NCBI GenBank assembly: GCA_964187785.1
Contig: OZ076409.1
Location: 61,568,001-61,632,000 of the forward strand
DNA length: 64,000 bases
Direction of reading: 5' to 3'
Source: Amphiscolops sp. MND2022
Taxonomy: Eukaryota
Position 1 is the stretch's first letter, and each line of letters begins with the position of its first letter. Shown here piece by piece: positions 59,601-64,000 of the stretch. The translations under genes and the position numbers were made by a program. The notes below the pieces were generated by a model. The model searched no databases, was not told the origin of the DNA, and saw only the letters and a list, made by a program, of their open reading frames with translations.

Positions 59601-61917
59601 AAACGAAGAAGCTACATCCGGGCAGTCCGAAATTAGCGCGCTAGAGCCAAGTTATTCAAAGAAAGAGAGTCAAAATGCAAATCGAATTACAAAAGTTCAA
59701 AATTCAATTACGGAAATTACCGAAATGGATCGCGAAAATTTTTACCACTGGGGCGCCACACGCGAAATTATGGAGATTATTCGCAGACGGAATAATAGCA
59801 CAGAGACACGCCGACTAGTAGAGCAACGAAATGGATTATCCCGACCAGGAACATTACGACGTCGGTATGACCACTACACTCAAAGAACGGTATTCGCTCC
59901 AACGAGACCCAACAAAAGAAGCCGAGAGGAAATTGCCGAGATAGACGCAGAGATCATGAGGAGAGCCAATCGATTGGGCGGCGGATACCGACCAATAGCC
60001 GAGGAAGAAGAAGAACCGGAAGAAATACGGGAAGAAGGCGAACTAGAAATCGAAAATGCCGAGACGGAAGAAGACAGCGTCATAATGCGGGGCGACAATC
60101 TACCAATAGTAGATCTTAGCAAATACAATACAGAAGGAAAACGGGCGCATTATATACAAATAAACCACATCGTGGGAAAATTAACAAGCAACAAAAAGAT
60201 TACCGAAGAACATATCAAAAAAGCAGAATTTGAGTTCATGATGGACTTAAAAACACTCATCGCAAAAACCGATGCAATCGATCCGGAACTAACCCGCGTC
60301 AGAACCAGCATGCGGAGAGAAGATCGAGAGACAATTCCGGATGGCTACCGAAATGCATTCGACAAACTATCAATCAGATGGGGATTGATCTTCGTCGATG
60401 ACCAAATCGTGATACCCATCGACTTGAGACGAAGACTCCTGGACATCCTTCATTTCGGTCACTCCGGTATAACAAAAATGATGTCAGAAGCACGCATATT
60501 CTGGTGGCCCAGAATGAAACAGGATATCGAGAACAAAGTAAAAGATTGCACAGCCTGCTTTGCATCAGGTAAAAACCTTAAATATCAATCACCGAAAAAA
60601 CACTACGGAAAATTAGAAAAACTAACCGAACCCGGCCAAGAATTACAAATTGATTTTACCGGAAAATTACATAACAAAAATATACACGGAGAAGTACAGA
60701 TACTAATAGCGGTAGATAGATTCAGTAAATGGCCGACCGTAAAAATATGTAAAACGGCGGAGACCAAAGAAGTCACAAATTTTCTATCGAGTAATTTTAA
60801 CTTATACGGAATACCGGAAAAGATCAAATCCGATAAAGGAGGAGCGTTTGTTTCGAAAAATTACCGAGAATTTTGCAAGAACCGAAATATTGAAATTGAA
60901 TATTGCACCCCCCGAGTACATACGGGAAACGGAGTAGTAGAAAGAGCAATACAATCATTGAAAAACTTAATAATAGCAAGTTTGGAAGACGGTATAAGTT
61001 TAACCGAAAGTGTAAACAGAGCACTACATGTAATGCAATTTCACAATACATACCGGACTAAAGTTAACGCCATTCGAACTACACCACGGTAGAAAACCGA
61101 GAACCGAATTAACGAATATCGTTAAGGACGGAAAATCATACCTATCTAATTGGTCAGAACTGACTGTTTCAGCGCCGAACAGACCAAAGATTCCCATATA
61201 CGTTGGCCGTGATGCGGACGAGGATATTACAAACCACATATTTATGGCGCGAACCAAAACAGAGGAGAAACACCTCGCCGAAAGATCGAAATCACCGAAG
61301 AAGAAAAATTCGTTTAGATACCCTTTTTACTTTGTTGAAAAGAATCATAACAAAAAATCATTGGAAGGAAAATCTCAAAAAAAATACAAACCGCTATAAG
61401 CGGAACCGAAAGTACTATAAAAACAGACTCCGGGAAAATAACTAACCGAAAATTCATTTCGGAACCACTGTTTCAGACCGAGAGGAAAAGCAGAAAAGAA
61501 CCGGTAACAAACGCAACCGGTGAAATCAACCCCAAAAATTGACACTGCCTACGCGGACTGGACGGGAAATACGGCCGTTGGGATGAAATCCTTCGGGACA
61601 TCCTGAACGGTAAATTGAAAATCGTCCAAAATAAAAAGCGGGCAGAAAGCGAAACCGACGATGACGACGAGGATGAAGACGATGAAGAAACGCCGGAAGA
61701 AACCGGAACACCGATAGTATATGACACATCCAAAAGAGACTGGAGATACGTGCCAATACGGACTAACCCAGAGGAAGACACGCTACAACTACACACCGAC
61801 AGCGAAATGCCGGGTGAGAATTCAGAATTACAAAAAGACGCTCTAACCGAAATAGTAAAAAACCGAATAGATACGGTAGCATACCCTATACGGAAAACTT
61901 CTGGGGATGAAAATTAA
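56690..61917 (+). pseudogene. Gag-Pol polyprotein of the 56403-62322 element
   Basis: Twin knuckle CRFC..H.CPA...CNKCGKKGHYAKAC, TDTGSP, ELDYAYGQ, WLDD, TTDAS, ELELLAVVWG, LHFGHSG...CTAC, QIDFTG / KSDKG / VVER. Several stops and frameshifts. Confidence 0.92.
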
Positions 61918-62088
61918 ATGTCTAAAACACATTGTATATATTACAGGTCCAATGTGGAACAGACACAAAGAGACGCCAAAGCCGGAGACAATCCAGAAGC
62001 CAGCAGACTTCCTACCCGAGGAAGAATCAACACCAGGCCCCTCAAACCGAATGTAGAAAACTACACGAGAAAAGAATAGAGGGGGAAA

Positions 62089-62322
62089 TGTTATATACGG
62101 TTCAATCCGATTCTTACGACCTCTACCGAGATTCGGTTCACTTACATGAAAACTGTCTAGTGTCTACATACCAGCTGGAGTTGTTTACAAACAAACTCAA
62201 TCAAACGTTAAATTACATTAGATACATTTATACGAAGTGAAAAGCTGAGATCTAGATTTGAACTAGAGACCTTTATTTTACAATATTCTTTTCTCTTAAA
62301 ATTAGATTACCAGAATACAACA
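62089..62322 (+). repeat. 3' LTR
   Basis: Direct repeat of 56403-56636. Confidence 0.95.
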
Positions 62323-63167
62323 TTCAGAAATTCACTTGAAATAATTGACAAAACTGGAGAAAAAGACCCCGTCTGTAGAAATGAATGAAAAACGTCAAAA
62401 GTAGGTAAATGTCTAAATCTAATAAGGTAACTACTTGCAAGATAATACCTCCCATCTCCTAAATGAAAAAATGAAAAAAAAGACTCCTAAATGAAATGAA
62501 GTCAAAATATTTCTATCCAGGTAGGCATTATAGATAGAAAGCAGCGTCAAAACCAGCTGCTGGACCAGTAGTGACACTTTGCCTCGCTCCAATTAGGACA
62601 CTATCTGCTCTCTAAGTTAGGAAATTTAAAAATAGTTCATTTAAAACTGTACATTATTTTACTTTTTTGTTAGTCGACTCTGTTTTAAGACTAGATATTT
62701 CCTTAAGTTTGAATATGTTTCTCCAGTAAAATGTAGGAACGAACATTTGACAAAGTGGATGTAGTGCGTGACTGTAAGGCAAGGGTGCGTGGGTTCGAAT
62801 CAAGGATGAACATTCTTTTCGGATTTTCACAAACGTAAACGACCTTGTTTTTTTTCAGCGCTGAGCGACTTTTTTTCGAAACATTTACTAAATTTCATCA
62901 AAGTGCACCCCATTCACTTTTTTGAAATTTCACCTTCGAAAAAAGCGTTTAGCGAGCCTAAAGGGTCTCATTTTGTGTATTTAGGCTTTCTTTAAAGCAA
63001 AAAAAAATTTTAAAAAAATGAAATTTTGTGGTTTTTCTGATGCTTCCAGTTCAGAAAAAGCTGTTTTTGAGTCTCAAGGGGAACACTTTCGGGGATTTTT
63101 TGGCACTGTATGATAATTAAAAAGTTTCACAATAACTGTCCTTTGAATATTTCAAACACTTTGCTCT

Positions 63168-63545
63168 TTTTAGTCGGCGAGTTTTTTCTCCTTTTTTTCG
63201 TCAGATAACAGAATGTATGCGTATTGAACACTTTTTCTTCAGAAGTACTAAACTACTGGTCCGGCAAGCGGAAACGCATTCAAGTTAAGGGTCCCTTCTT
63301 TCGTGTACTCATTTTTTAACGTAAGATACAAAACCGGACGGGACTACAGGGGACTACATTCAAAATTCCCCCCTTTGAATTTTTTTCGTCACTGTGCGAC
63401 TTTTTTTCGAAATTTTTTTGTTGCCAAAGTTGAGGCGACAACCCTTCAAGTTTGTTGATATTTTGCAGCAAACTGAAGTTTCAAAAAGCTCAAAGGGTCT
63501 CCTCTTCTTAGTTTTGTGGCATTATGAGACTGTTTCAAAATTCTC
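63168..63545 (+). mobile_element. HINE-like repeat, 3'-truncated or diverged
   Basis: TTTTAGTCGGCG start. Internal sequence is closely similar to 40720-41000. Confidence 0.6.
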
Positions 63546-64000
63546 ATTTTTCGTGCAAAACAGTTCATGATCCATATACTGGGAGAAACCAAAATAAATT
63601 TTGAGCGCTTAATCATTGAAACGTTTGTCAACAGATTTTCCTAAACAGCTTTTCAAAAACGATTTTGACAATTTGTTGTGCAAGGAAAATAACTTTCACT
63701 TATCAAAAGTGAGAACGAGTTGACTTGTCATTTTTTTCTTCTGAAGGTTTAAACTTTCAATCCTTTGTTGGAGATTTGATCATTGCGTCTACGTAAACAG
63801 AGCTTCATTTCAAATGACGGACAGAAAAATTGAAAGGTCTCCAGTGACTTGTTTGAAAGTATTACAATTTTGAAGAGTGCAAAAAAAACTATTTCCATGG
63901 AAGTAGTTTTTTTTAGTTTTCCTAGTATGAGCATAGCTGATCTTTCATTATCTTTCACGTTACAAAGATGTTGGTGGGCCTACCTGTTCGTCCTTCCAAC

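Larger units (their letters stand above)
56403..62322 (+). mobile_element. Ty3/Gypsy (Mag-like) LTR retrotransposon, frameshifted
   Basis: Perfect TSD TTCAG, 234-bp TG...CA LTRs (4 differences seen), PBS TGGCGCAGTC (tRNA-Ser type) at 56637, PPT AGAGGGGGAAA at 62078-62088. Confidence 0.97.

Noticed and set aside
62750..62805. Possible tRNA gene
   Set aside because: B box is present, but no acceptor stem or full cloverleaf could be formed.

Overview
AT-rich, repeat-dense eukaryotic (animal, invertebrate-like) genomic DNA, not prokaryotic. Two spliced host genes lie on the minus strand. One is a divergent TRPM-like cation channel, with at least 8 phase-compatible exons from 54961 down to about 22057 and its 5' part unresolved. 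The other is a putative secreted protein, with a signal-peptide exon (14240-14330) and an F5/8-type C/galactose-binding-like exon (7766-7972). The rest is mostly mobile elements: the 3' end of a BEL/Pao element (1-~2700), three degenerate ~5.8 kb Mag-like Ty3/Gypsy elements with short LTRs and a WLDD RT motif (8082-13896, 22990-28780, 56403-62322), hAT derivatives, about 10 Helentron-type (DINE/HINE) non-autonomous repeats, MITEs, LINE remnants and long palindromes. The most unusual object is a young 12.8 kb Gypsy-type element (41734-54528, TSD GTTAC) with 1732-bp protein-coding LTRs. Its gag starts 568 nt inside the LTR and reads through the PBS. An extra ORF reads across the site where a polypurine tract should be (none is visible) into the 3' LTR. 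An apparently spliced antisense gene sits between pol and that ORF. A diverged solo LTR (30901-32385) conserves both LTR-encoded peptides, which suggests a family-wide architecture. All calls come from reading the sequence by eye; no database search was run.
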